Assembly: GCA_001938485.1 (NCBI GenBank)
Contig: MQRK01255104.1
Coordinates: 108,609-172,608 of the forward strand
Length of the DNA stretch: 64,000 bases
Direction: 5' to 3'
Source: Girardia tigrina
Lineage: Eukaryota
The notes beneath the pieces were generated by a model. That model did not search any database. It saw only the letters and a list, made by a program, of their open reading frames with translations, and was not told the origin of the DNA. How positions within the stretch are numbered: position 1 is the first letter of the stretch; every line of letters begins with the position of its first letter. Below are positions 12,778-25,052 of the stretch, piece by piece. The position numbers and the translations under genes are program-made.

Positions 12778-12890
12778 TTTGATCAAATTTTTACATTATA
12801 ATTTATTGTCATCGAAAATGAGTAAGTGTGCAAAGTTTGGAGAAAATTAATCGAGTAAAAAAACTTCAAAATATGTTTAAATTTCGTTTA
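12778..12890 (+). repeat. Fragment of a non-autonomous repeat family also present at 58520-58630, 58885-59000 and more distantly ~46640-46730
   Basis: gatcaaatttttacat...tttattgtcatcga(a/g)aatgagtaagtgtgcaaa is shared with the 58.3-59.0 kb tandem pair. Confidence 0.7.
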
Positions 12891-15099
12891 GAGTCATAAT
12901 TTGATGAGGAATTATATTTATAGCGTTTCTATTTTTCCGTGAAAAGATAGATGATAAATAAATAATTGTTAAGATAATCAGACTTTTAACAAAGTGGTTG
13001 ACAATCCAGTTTAAATTTGTTTCGTTTAAACTTTCGACCATGGGATTTTAGTAAAAAATGGTTTATATTAAACATGAAACTCTATACAAATTTTACAACG
13101 CTACGGTCCTCTTCACGAACGGCACACCGATCTTCTTCGCCTGACCATTATTCCCCTTAATTACAATTTTCCCGCGATCCGTGTCTTTCCCAATGCTCTC
13201 GCCCCAAGAAACTCTTTCTCATCGAAGCCTAACCTAAGACTGACTACTATTCTCTACCGGTTGTAATTAAATGTATAAGCGATGGCTTAGATAAAACAAA
13301 TAACCTCTATAAAATATATCAATTAAATTAGAATAATAAAGTATATTAAATAAGCAATTAAATAAAACTCATGAATTCAATAAAATGTATTAAGTTAATT
13401 CAAGCATCCATGCACATAAAAAGGAATATAACATAAATTAATCTCATAGAAATCAAGAGACAATACTAAAGAATATAAAAATTGGACTTCATTTACCATT
13501 TCAAATGTTGACTAAATAACGTTTCTTCGAAATAAAGTTGCGATGAAATTTAATGGTAAAATATTGTTATTAAATTTGTTAATAATTACTGGCAAAAATT
13601 AACGAATTACTGGCAAACAAACACGGAAACATGCCGGTATTTATAGTTATCTCGTTCCACTATTCATTCGAGAACGCCGGCTGTTCTGTAACCCGTTTAG
13701 TTATCAGATTGTTAATCTGATTGTTTATCGAAGAACTGCCAGTCACATATATTAAGACTGTAATCATTTCGGGTAAGTATTAATCTTTTTATTTGGGTAT
13801 GTCTGCAACGGCCATCGGTTTTACCATTTGTATTCGCAGAAAACCTGTTGATTACTGTTTCTATGTCGGGTTGAGCTAGTCGGTCGCCTGAACTGTTTAT
13901 TGCAATCGTCTTAGTTAATGATGGTGTTTCACGTAGATGTGTATCCATCAGAATAACGGGTGAGGGTTAGTTTCTAAATCTAGTCTTGTTCTGATGGGTT
14001 TATTCATTTCAGACGACTACCGCCAGTGGGTTCGCTTTTGTTTATTCAGATTTTCAATTATTGATAAGGTAAGGATATCAGATTACCTCTTGATTTATTA
14101 TGTCGTTTATTACAGGGCGCCTAGTACAACTCTTGGACCAACTGCCGCGGTTAATGAATTATCGGCAGTTCAGATCGCCGCAACTGTTCTCGAATCACAA
14201 GGCGATTGAATAACCGTGATTCTGTTCTTTTAAGTCATTAACTTTTTAATTAATTAATTATGTTCTGAAATTTCTTTTACATTACAGGGTCTACAAAGGT
14301 TGTCACAATTTTACAAGGGTGTGGATCCCGGCTCCGTCTGACGCAATGCCTCTGGGCCTTTACGGTTCGTGCGGTTAATCGTGTTGGATGGGGCCTATTT
14401 AAACTTACTGGGAATAGTTGAGTTAGACTATTCCATTTCTCTTTCATAATGTTCACAAAAGGTCGCGTCGTAACATGACGGTCATTATTTTTATTTATTT
14501 TTATATTTTTATTGTGTCATATAGTACGTGTTGATATGGAGCATCGAATTACGTGTACTCATTTTAAGAACTGCACTGACTTTGAGTTGTACTTGTATTT
14601 CTCTTTATTATTTAATACTTATAATTATATGATGATGCAAATTTAAATTATCATCGATTATTAGATAATTTATTTTAAAAAATATGGGAATAAAAATTAT
14701 TTTTGCCATTGTTACGACAATATTACAAACAGACACTTAAAATTTGAAGCTTTAACAGTTTTTCTAATAATGGTTTTCAACATTCAATTTATGAAAATCA
14801 GATTTCTAAAAATTATCTCTCCAACTACTATCGTTTCTTTAGAAAACCAATCGAACATTTAGACTGGTTACAATACAAGATCAATTATTATCGAATTCTA
14901 TTTAATCTTGTATATTGTAATAATAAAAAAATATAGTTTCAAAATGACCATTAAACAGTACAGAGTGAAGTAACTATTTGTTGAAATCATCTATTATATA
15001 ATTGTATTTTGTTTTATCATCATCAATTAAATATTATCATACACATTACTTTTACTTATTCTCTAATTAAAATACACCTATAGATTTACTAATATTACT

Positions 15100-15878
15100 T
15101 AACACATTGACTGCTGTTGACATCATGCACCGAACGTCTGCTACGCGCGCTACGCGTAAAAAATATGATCGAACATTGTTGCCTTTTTAGCATTCAATGT
15201 GTTAATCTGTCGACTTGTTATAAAAACGCTATTATTTTGTTTTATTATTTCAAAAGTGAGTTTAACGTTAGAAAATCAGAAAATATGCAATCCAAAAAAA
15301 TCAGGTGCTTTGTACACATTTTATCAAATGTGCGTAGATTATTTAAATAATTGGGACGTGTTTTAAACGTGAATTAAAAGTGCTTGAATGGGTCATATAA
15401 CACGGAATTCTTTTTTGAGCGAAGGGAGAGGAAAACTATATTTACATTTCGAATCATTGATCGGAAAAATATACTTGATGGTCAATTATTTGATAAAGTT
15501 TCATGCATAAATAATACGTAACGACCTAAAAGATCAACGAATGGCGACAGACTAACAATCCCTGCAATAAAAGGTGAGTTTAGATTTTTGAACATTTTAA
15601 AACAAAAGAAATTTCATTTAAGCATTTGTAAAATCGTACCATTTTCTTTATGTTTCCCCTGAACTAGTGCTCCCGTTGAACGAATATTTTCATTGGTGAG
15701 TAATGTGTGGACTAATGAAAACACCCAGTTAAATGTAACTAAATTAGAAGGGTGTATTTCCGTCAAATACATCTTTAAAATCAACGGTATGGAATTTTAT
15801 GATTTCTTAAAACTTGAACCGGTGATATTAAAAAAATTAGTTCTGTTGAAAAGTATCAAAATTAATGTATTTGTGTAA
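15100..15878 (+). pseudogene. hAT transposase C-terminal remnant including the dimerisation domain
   Basis: TH*LLLTSCTERLL (degenerate TRWLSL motif). FP*TSAPVERIFSLVSNVWTNE...L.V.KLEG.ISVK..F...EFYDFL matches the hATC dimerisation motif. Confidence 0.8.
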
Positions 15879-16381
15879 AAATTAAATAATATTAAAAATG
15901 TAATGAATGAAATGTTGTATGAATGTCTATGCCACTTGTAGTGTGACATTTTCATATAATCTATTTGTATGGTATGTCGGTTTATTGTATTTTTGTGTAA
16001 GAATTGTTTATTTTAAAGTGTGTGTGATCACTGTGAGGCAACCATATATGTGTTCAACCATTTTATGTGGAATCCATCTTTATTTTTTTTGTTTTTGCAT
16101 GTATTGCCCTTATAGATCTTCTAAGACTGTGTAGTTTCGATGTGGTGTTATTACTGTTGATTACCTTTTTTTAGTGTTTATATTTGTTGGTTTTTTTATT
16201 ACGTCTTAACAAAGAACAGTTTATGTTTACGCCTATTAATTTTATTCATTTATCTGGAAATATATGTATATATTAATTAAAATTATAAGTTTATTTATAT
16301 TAAAATCGTAAGTTTTTTTATAATTATAATTTAAAATTTTAATTTAAAATTTTATCCATAGTAATATGGATTAGTAATATA

Positions 16382-18477
16382 CAGTCTACTCTCGTTAAAA
16401 CGCCACCCTCGTCATTCGCCGGTATTCAGTCTGGTCCCAATCAACATCTATATGTTTAACTCGATATAACGCTCTTCCCTCGCTGTTTGCCTTACACCGG
16501 TTAATTTCTTGTTCCAAATAGGAAGAATCTCTCGTTAAAGCGTCACAACGTAGTCCTTAAACTTGCATCATAAAATCTTGCATCATCTCTTAATAAATAA
16601 TTATATAAATAACTGCGTTAATACAATGTTTTCAAGTGTGTAAATCTTTAATAAAGCAATTATTTACAGACTAATACATTAAATAATTTTCTTTTAGTTT
16701 ATATTTATCTTGTAACAAATACTTTAGAATACAAATACCTTTTAACAAATACATCATGAATTCTCAACAGCGTAAACGTGAATCAATTTTAATTAAAAAA
16801 AGGAGATATGTCAATTCGCAAAGAATAATCCTATGATGCTGAAAATGAAATTAGAGTGATTCTTACTTCTACGAACATCTATTCCAGATATTCTTGCTCA
16901 TACAGAAAATTATGTACATCAAACTGTTTGTTTCTCTAAACGGCAGAGTTAGAAAATTTAGTGAGTTGTTGAACTGCTTCACTCAAATGTGTGCCAATAA
17001 CATTATTATTACTGATGATATGTTAAGAAAGAAAGCAAAACATTTTGGGGAATTATTGAATGTTCTAAAAGATTTTGTGTACAATAGTGGATGATTGCAA
17101 AGATTTAAAGAAAGATTTTGTATTACGTGAAAACGGATCTCAGGAGTGGGCTCATCGGCTTCCGCGGCAATTGTTGACGAAGAACTTTAAAACTTTAACA
17201 ATATTTCGATGAGCTACGGATATGTTCCAGCCGAAATTTACAATGCAGATGAAACTGGATTAGTTTTTCAGGTGCTTACTGATAGAACGCTTGCAAATAA
17301 AAAAGAAACCTGCCACGGTGTCAAAAAGCTAATACAACGAATCACTGTACTGTTATGCTGCAATTTTACCGGAACTGACAAAAGGCGATCACTGATAATT
17401 GGAAAATCAACGAAATCCCGATGGTTCAAGAACTTTAATGTTAACTTCTACTGCACTTACAAATCTAACAGCAAACCATGAATAACCTCGCACATCTTTC
17501 AAGAATGGTTAATGTAGTTCAAAAAGCAGCTCATTTTAAAAGGACGACGTATCATTTTGTTGTTGGATAACACCACTTCACATCGCGTACAAAATTCTGG
17601 CCTCAGAAACATAAAAATCCACTTCTTTCCATCAAATATGACAGCTAATCTGCAACCACAAGATATTGGCATAATCAAAAGTTTCAAGTCTCATTATCTC
17701 AAGCTGCAACTCAAAAAAATAGTGGAATTAGCTGATGCTTATCTACCTACAGAATTATGTCTGGACTATGCAATGCGCTATTGTAACATGGCCAGGGATT
17801 CTGTGACTGTAGATACAGTTTACAAAGGCTGGAATAATACTGCTATTCGCTTCGCTTCAAGTGCCACAGTCAATTCTATTGAATACGGAAATCTGTTTAG
17901 TCGCATTAAAGAAATGTTTACTATTTCATTTGAGAACTTGATGGCTGAAAGTGAGTTTCAACGGATTGGTGATTCACAGGAAACAGAAGTCGAACTTACC
18001 GACGACAATTTTCTGGTGTCTAATGCTACAGTGGAAGAAGAACTTATTGAGAATGAATGAACTTACTGCAGATAATACATGACTACAATCTTTAAAGGAA
18101 GTTAGAACAGCTGCTGAGACTGTTTTATTTTTTTCTAGAGCACTCTATGAGTGCTACATCTGAAGATGTCGACTTATCCACCAAATTGATAAGCCGTATT
18201 TATGCAATAAGTGAGAAATATAAAATGCAAGTTGTCATCACGGACTTCTTCAAGAAAATGTAGTGGCTTCTTTAATAAATAAAATATTTACTAATGGTTT
18301 TGGATTCATTACACCTATTGATCATATATTGAATAAAAAATGAAAAATATTGTGTTTTTGTACATAGTTAATGTTTGTTCAAATTTTTATCTTAGGCTAA
18401 CTACAGACAACGCCACTCTCGCTTTAAGCCGCTTTTTTGACAGGTCGCGAGAGCGGCTTTATAACGAGAGTAGACAG
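16382..18477 (+). mobile_element. Full-length Tigger/pogo DNA transposon (2.1 kb), inactive
   Basis: TIRs CAGTCTACTCTCGTTA / TAACGAGAGTAGACAG (1 mismatch), with TA TSDs at 16380-81 and 18478-79. Confidence 0.93.
16756..18263 (+). pseudogene. Tigger-like DDE_1 transposase pseudogene
   Basis: CENP-B HTH (ITDDMLRKKAKHF...SG*LQRFK). DDD-region motifs IYNADETGL, RITVLLCCN..GTDK, LLDN...H and FFPSN.TA.LQP.D.GII. C-terminal ITDFFKKM*. Several stops and frameshifts. Confidence 0.92.
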
Positions 18478-19208
18478 TATAATTATTATAGATAATCTTT
18501 TATTTTTGCATACGACTGAAATGAAATATTAAAATTGTTAAATTTTTATGCTTGGGGCCTAGTTTCCGGGATGGTTTTCAAATCGAGGTGCCGTTTACCC
18601 AATCAAATGCGCCGGGAACGTGTCCCCATGTAGTGACATCCAGTCAAAAAAAAAATATATATATATACATATATAAATAAATATTTATATCTATAAATAA
18701 TAAGGATTAAAAAAAATCAATAACAATATGGATTTTTTATATTGTTATTTTTTATATTAATCAAATCCTAACAATTGTATAAAAATTGGATAAGAAGCGT
18801 GATTCCTTTCGATTCCAGTTCCAGCAAATTTTTGTCCGTGTACAAAACTGAGATCAACTCCCCATTCGATCCAAGGAATTACTTTTCCAGATACCAATCT
18901 CAATAAATACCTCTCCATTTTTTCAATCAAAGAAAAAATATTTCTCTATTGTTATTTTTTGTCAAATTAATCCAAATCAGAAACGATTGCTACATAAAAT
19001 TGTCTCGGGATTTGAAAACTATATTGATCGTCCTGTACCATAACAATTTGAATTCGTTGAATCTCTTTCCCCCTTGTCACAATCGGCAGTTATCATTAAT
19101 ATAGTTTTGTTTAATTTAAGTTATATTTTTATTTATTTAAACATATCGTTAAAAGAGTTCACTGAAACATACGTTTCAGTTAACTCTTTTACACCCCACA
19201 AAATCAAA

Positions 19209-19328
19209 ATGAAAGGGACTGGGTTCCAACGAGTCAAGACCACTCCAAACCATCCGCCGGCCATGGATATGATCAAAGCTACAATCAAATCAATCCAAGA
19301 ATGTTCAGAAATGTCAAAAATGATTTAA
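19209..19328 (+). pseudogene. Fragment resembling the start of the histone H1 globular domain
   Basis: HPPAMDMIKATIKSIQECSEMSK resembles the H1 consensus HPP..EMI.AAI..LKER.GSS. The fragment stops after helix 1. Confidence 0.5.
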
Positions 19329-19537
19329 AAACGCGTCTGGAGCCAGAGTCGAGAGGAGGATGATGAACACTATCAGGTCTGGTGGTTTTGTTTTGAATGT
19401 TGAGTGTGAATGTTATCGTTTTACATTTAATGTAAGGCAAAATATGAGAGTGTGTTAATTTTTGTAATATATAGTATATGCATGATAAAATTAATTTTTT
19501 AAATATTAAAAAAATATTAAGCAAAAATAAAAATAAT

Positions 19538-19696
19538 CTAATTAAAAAATATATTCAGGAAAAGAAACTTGTTTCTTTTAAAAAAGAAGGTCTCGTATTG
19601 TCAGATTATAAGAGAATTCAAATATTTGTTACAACATTAGCAGCCAAAACCATAACTTTAGAGATTGGGTCCAATGCCAATCTATCAAATTTAGAA
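19538..19696 (+). pseudogene. Ubiquitin-like fragment
   Basis: IQIFVTTLAAKTITLEI matches ubiquitin MQIFVKTLTGKTITLEV at 12/17 positions. It is preceded by IQEK...EG..LSDY, which resembles parts of an upstream ubiquitin unit. Confidence 0.6.
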
Positions 19697-22192
19697 ATAA
19701 TCAATAACCACGGAAAATATCATTCATAAAACATTAATCCTGATTTATTTTATGAACATTAATCCTGATTTATTTTAAGAACGTCCTTATGTAAAGCCAA
19801 GAAGGTTTATCATTGATTATTTCGTTTTTAATTATATTGTTCCAGGGTTTTATTTTAGTTAATAAATATTTATTAATCTCGCTATCACTAGCAATAATAA
19901 GGTGATTCAATTAGTTAATTCTGATTTAGCTTTTTTATATAGACAATTATTAAGGTGATTCTTAGTCAATAATTCTTTTTTCCGGAAAATATTTTAATAC
20001 TACTATTTACATAAATAAATGTTTTGAACTTATAAATTTTACAGGTATTTTTCATTTTCTTCGATATGCCCTTTATTTTCATAAACAAGTTTGGTCACCG
20101 TAACTTATAACTTTTAAATGAAGCACAGGTATGAAGATGAAGACAATATTGCTCTATCAAATGTCATTCAATTATGAAGGCAAGAAACGGAAAAAATAGT
20201 TCAGTAGTCTAACGAACAGTGTTGTGATTCATATACTAAAAAACCTGAAGCCGATTCTGCCACAAGCGAGATGAGGCCAAACATGTGTGTAGTATCGACT
20301 ACTCGCACAATATGACGGGAAATATTTTATCATGATGGAATAACGACGTAAATAGTGTCCTAATCTGAGGATTTCAGCTTTTCGCGATAAAATTAATGAC
20401 TTTGTTTCAAAAAAAACAATTGATTCATATTCATCAGTTTAATTGGGTTATTATAACTGTGCTTATCGCTGTTGACGAGACCTATCTAAAAATATACAGT
20501 TTATGGTTCCTTGGATGCTCCTGGTACCCGTTATTTGCTGCGATAAACACATGCATACATATACGGACATGATGAATACAATATCGCATTTTTTTCATGA
20601 GAAAATGCACTAACAAATTCAACACTTTCTTCAACATTTAACACAAATTTTAACGATTTTCATGAGTTTAATGGAAGTTCAAATCGCCAACCCGTTTTTA
20701 AAATGAGTACCAGACTGAGATGCACACCGCCAATGCCAGAGTGCAGCGACCACGCAACAAGGTTCGCTTTGTTAACAAACGACCTAGTTCAATAATTTGG
20801 CGTGTGTTGTAATTAATATTTAAATTCATTATAATAAATTTTAAATTGGGGAATACTGTTCTGGCATCCATCGAAATATTTTTTGGGTTAGATTTAATAG
20901 CAAAGGTTACGGACAATTTAGTACTAACCTTAAATATATTTTTATTAAAACTAATTATTAAAGAATAGTGTCAAGTTAGATAAGTGTTAAAAAATTTTTA
21001 ATTTTTTGAATGTTTTCAAAAATTGTTTATTGAGTAATCGAGAAAGTCTGTAGATTGCAAATTGTTGCGACCGGTTTTCAGTTAATGTGCCGTACCAATT
21101 ATTCGACACCCCTAGGGACGTGAGAATCCGTCTGTCAAGCATTTGCTAGAATCATTTTTGCTAGACAACCCAACCAAAAAACCGCAACCGCACTCAGAAG
21201 CGTGGTGACGAAACAGCGAACAGAGTCTGAAAATATTTATCGAAAATTCCCAATTATAACCGAATCACCATGAAATCAACTTCAGATCATTCAACCCAAA
21301 TATACAACACAATCAATCACTATCGCCTCAACAAAAGTCCCTAAAATTAAATCTCCACATAAATATTTATTGATATCAAAAGATGCTTGTCAGTGCTTCG
21401 AAGAATTGCACATGTACGCTTGACCTACTGTCTGAACAAGTGGTGAAGACAGCAGTCACACCATAAGGAAATCCCCGAACCCATCGAATTTGGTTTACAT
21501 AGGACAGCCGCCGAAATCATATGAGAAACCCCGAGGAGACTTTGTAAAGAGATATGAGAATCTTCAGCTTATTTAATCAATTAATTAAACCTCAGTCTGC
21601 TTAAAAACGATGAATCAAACGATCATTAAACACCCATGATTCATAGTGAATCATTTGACCGCGTGAGTGCAAAAGCACGCAATAAGAACCAACACGGTAC
21701 CACCGAGTTGCTCACATCAACAATCGTCAAAAATCGCTCATCGACAGTGGTTATAAACTTAAATTGTCTAACTCAGTGTTTCCCAACATGGGGCAATTTC
21801 ATTTTTGAGGGGCATTTTAAAATTTCCTGCTACTGGATTTGATGAAGACAGTTTACTATGATTTAAATCACGACTAAGCGATTTTTAACCTAATTCAAAT
21901 AAAAATAGAAATTAATAAACATATAATTTGAAACTATTTATTGTCTATTGAAAATATGATATGCACTAAAAATTCAGTTCAATCAAAAACAAATTAAATG
22001 CAAGATAATTTTTATTGCCAATATTCTGACATGTTGGGGATTGTAATTATTTTGTTTAATTTTGACTTTATTTATTGCTTATTTTTGTTGATTTTTTTTA
22101 ATTTATTTATGCTTATTATTGCCTTAATTTATTTTTTTATGATTGCTTTGTTTACAATAAATGTATAAATAATACGAAGCTGTTATTTATTC

Positions 22193-22418
22193 AAATAAAT
22201 ATTATATGTAAAATTTAAAATAAAATATTATAATTACTATAAATAAGTTAATAATTTTAATATTATGTTTATTATATGATCTGGAAGAAGTTATAAAGGT
22301 TAAAAATGCAAATAAATATTATATGTAAAATTAAAAAGAAAATATTATAATTACTATAATAATTTTAATATTATGTTTATTATATGATCTGGAAGAAGTT
22401 GTAAAGGTTAAAAATGCA
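22193..22418. repeat. Tandem duplication of a ~110-118 bp AT-rich unit
   Basis: aaataaatattatatgtaaaatt...atgatctggaagaagtt(a/g)taaaggttaaaaatgca occurs twice head-to-tail. Confidence 0.85.
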
Positions 22419-22585
22419 TTATAAGGTTAAATAAAAAGCCAACGCAGAAAATGTTGAATCAACCAACGTAGGTCTACGCTGACCCACATAGCTTAAGATG
22501 GTATAAATAAAATTGCAAAAATCACAAAAAAAGAGATAATTTAGAAAATTTTCAGGCCTCTGAATTATTCAAGAAAATCTATTTC

Positions 22586-22800
22586 GAGAAGAATTTTGTT
22601 AAAGGCTATTTATTAAATTTGATTTTGTCCAGAAGAATTTTGCTGAAGAAGACTATTTGTCGAAATTTGATTTTGTCCAGAAGAATTTTGCTGAAGAAGA
22701 CTATTTGTCGAAATTTGATTTTGTCAAGAAGAAATTTTGTTAAAGAAGGCTATTTGTCGAAATTTGAATTTATCAAGAAGAATTTTATCAAAATTTGATT
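22586..22800. repeat. 48-bp minisatellite, ~4 copies
   Basis: Unit aaatttgattttgtccagaagaattttgctgaagaagactatttgtcg starts at 22615, 22663, 22711 and ~22760. Confidence 0.85.
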
Positions 22801-24679
22801 TTATCTGATTTATTCAAGAAGAATTTGAAGAAGATTTATTGAAACTCTGTAAATTGGTTTTGATAGGAGATCGTTTTTCACATTCGGTGAGAATAATAAA
22901 AACCTTTTTAATTATTATTATTATTATTATTTAAATTTTTATATTTTAAAATCAATAATCCTTATTATATTGTTTTTTTTATTAATCTTAAAATAATAAT
23001 TTTTATTACTTTAAAATCTCTTAATCCTGGTCTGCAGTCGATGTACTGTGACCACCCCTAAAATCTCACATCACGCATTGAGGATATTGAATTATATTTG
23101 TAAAATCTTATTTGTAATTATTGTATATTTCAATAAATTTATTTTGAAAAATTTTCTTGTGTTGTCATTCAATTATTTAATCCTATAATCTAATCTCATT
23201 TAATCATTTGTAAATTTTATTGGAAGGTTTAATTTAACTAAATTATATCTTCCTTTTCTGATATATTTCTACGGAGGTCGAGAATATCGTTGAGCCCCTT
23301 CGAGATCTGTCAGACAATTAGATTTGACAAATTTGACGTTACTAAGGGAAACAAAACAATTTTATTTAAATATATCGTATGCTCGGTGGGCGTTCTTGTT
23401 TATACTCCTCATTTTTTGAGTAAGTTGGAGTTTATTTTTAGTCATTTAAATTTTATAAGGATACAAAATTAGTATACATTTTTAAACAAAAATTATTGTT
23501 TGCAATTGGTTGACGTAATTATTGTGTATTATATAATTTTCCTATTATTATTATTCAATGATATAATTATATATAAATAACATTTCAATTTTTAAGTTTA
23601 GAATTCATTTCACCTAGCAGTGAATTTCACCCAATAGTCAAATTTTTTGTATTTATTAAATTAATCTTATATATATATATTTTGTTTGTAGAAAGAAATG
23701 AGTTGTGCGGCAAAGCAGAAGGTTCGTCAATATTCAAATAAAATCTTTAATAATCGCTAAATGTTTTTACACCGACGATGAGAAATTGAGATGGAAACAA
23801 CTTCCCAAGTTGATGTGTCCGTCTTGAAATTCAAGAGTTCACTTAAAAATTTTACCGGTGCTCTTGTACCCAAATAGGAATGGAGCTTCATTCAAAAATT
23901 CATAGGTTTGATTCTATCTCCTGTTGTCATACAATAACCAATCGGATCTTCCATGTTATGTTATTATGTTATTATCTGTGTGGTGGAATGAACAATTAAT
24001 AGATGAGTGTTGATATTATACTATTATCTTTGATGTCAATGTGGTACACATGCTAGCTCAGATTTAAATTATTTTCAAACTTTGAAAAAAAATTAGAACG
24101 GAGAACAACCTTGAAGTCATTATTTTCAGCTCAAATCTCAACTACAAATCGTACTCTGGAAGCTAGCTTTCAAATTTCCTAACTTATTGCAAAATCTGGA
24201 AAAAATCATACTATTGGTTAAAATTTAATCAAACCATCAATATCAGCATTTCTAAAAACTGTTTTGGAAAAGGACGATAAAGATGTAAAAGATATGCCAA
24301 ACAGTAATAATACTGTTAGCCGAAGCATAGATGAAATGAGTGAAGATGTTGAAAAACAACTGATTGAAAAAACTGAAGACAAGAGAGTTTTCACTGCAAA
24401 TGGACGAATCAACTTTGAGAGACAGTGAGGCGGTACTGATGGCTTATGTAAGATATATTGACAAAGGAGAATTTACTGAAGAAATGTTATTTTGTAAAGC
24501 ACTACAAAGTACCACAACTTCCCTAAATATATACCACACTAAAAAATTATTTAATTGCCAAAATTATTCCAATAAAATATATATCAAGCTGTGCAGCCGA
24601 TGGCGCTCCTAATATGATGGGCAAGAAAAATGGTTGTTTAAAATTAATAAAAGATGAAAATCCAGAAATGTTTCTGGAT

Positions 24680-25052
24680 GGGGGGAGCGTGACGAAGCAA
24701 ATCACTGACATTCGACAAACAGGCACACCACTATTATTAACTTCATTTTATTGATCCGCCGCGAACTGTGAAATCAAAGAGCGGTTGGCTGTATTACAAT
24801 CTGTTCTGGATTGTCGGTGATACACTGCGGGACGGCTGGCCAGCGGAAAACGAGAAGAATCGGACCGCATTAGCAGTGTGCACACCCCACATACAGAGAC
24901 CCGCAGGTATCGGATTTTCTACATAGTTCAAGTAATATAAATAGTAGAGTGAAATATATTCACGGCGCACACAATATTTTACACACCAAATCTCATAACA
25001 AATAAGTTATTTATTCTTGCAATTGCAATGTTCAACCAACTTCGACATCACA
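24680..25052 (+). mobile_element. Polypurine tract plus probable Gypsy-type 3' LTR (~365 bp)
   Basis: GGGGGGAG (24680-24687) is directly followed by (c)GTGACG, and the segment ends in CATCACA (25046-25052), a degraded TGTGA...TCACA pair. It coincides with the truncation of the hAT transposase. Confidence 0.45.

Larger units (their letters stand above)
11076..20102 (+). mobile_element. Putative large hAT (Tip100/Zaphod-like, TAGGGTGACCA-type ends) element expanded by nested insertions
   Basis: Left end TAAGGTGACCA (11076) and right end TGGTCACCGTA (20092-20102). Flanks tcttataaa / acttataac share the core cttataa (degraded TSD). A matching hAT transposase remnant lies inside at ~15100-15880. 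Confidence 0.45.
21774..24679 (+). mobile_element. hAT Buster/Charlie (ZBED5/SCAND3-like) element, 5' part, with inserted unrelated sequence; truncated
   Basis: Left TIR CAGTGTTTCCCAAC preceded by GTCTAACT (central TA). Start MSCAAKQKVRQYS at ~23698. 24060-24675 translates LEASFQIS*LIAKSGKNHTIG*NLIKP...SNNTVSR.IDEMSED...FSLQMDEST...LMAYVRY...EEMLFC...DGAPNMMG. No right TIR found. Confidence 0.85.

Noticed and set aside
20440-20790. Possible Kolobok/Mutator-like transposase traces (AVDETY; SLHSGIG)
   Set aside because: The two motifs lie on opposite strands and are too short to support a call.
22586-22800. Regular repeats as a possible CRISPR array
   Set aside because: Head-to-tail tandem units without unique spacers, a eukaryotic context, and no cas genes.
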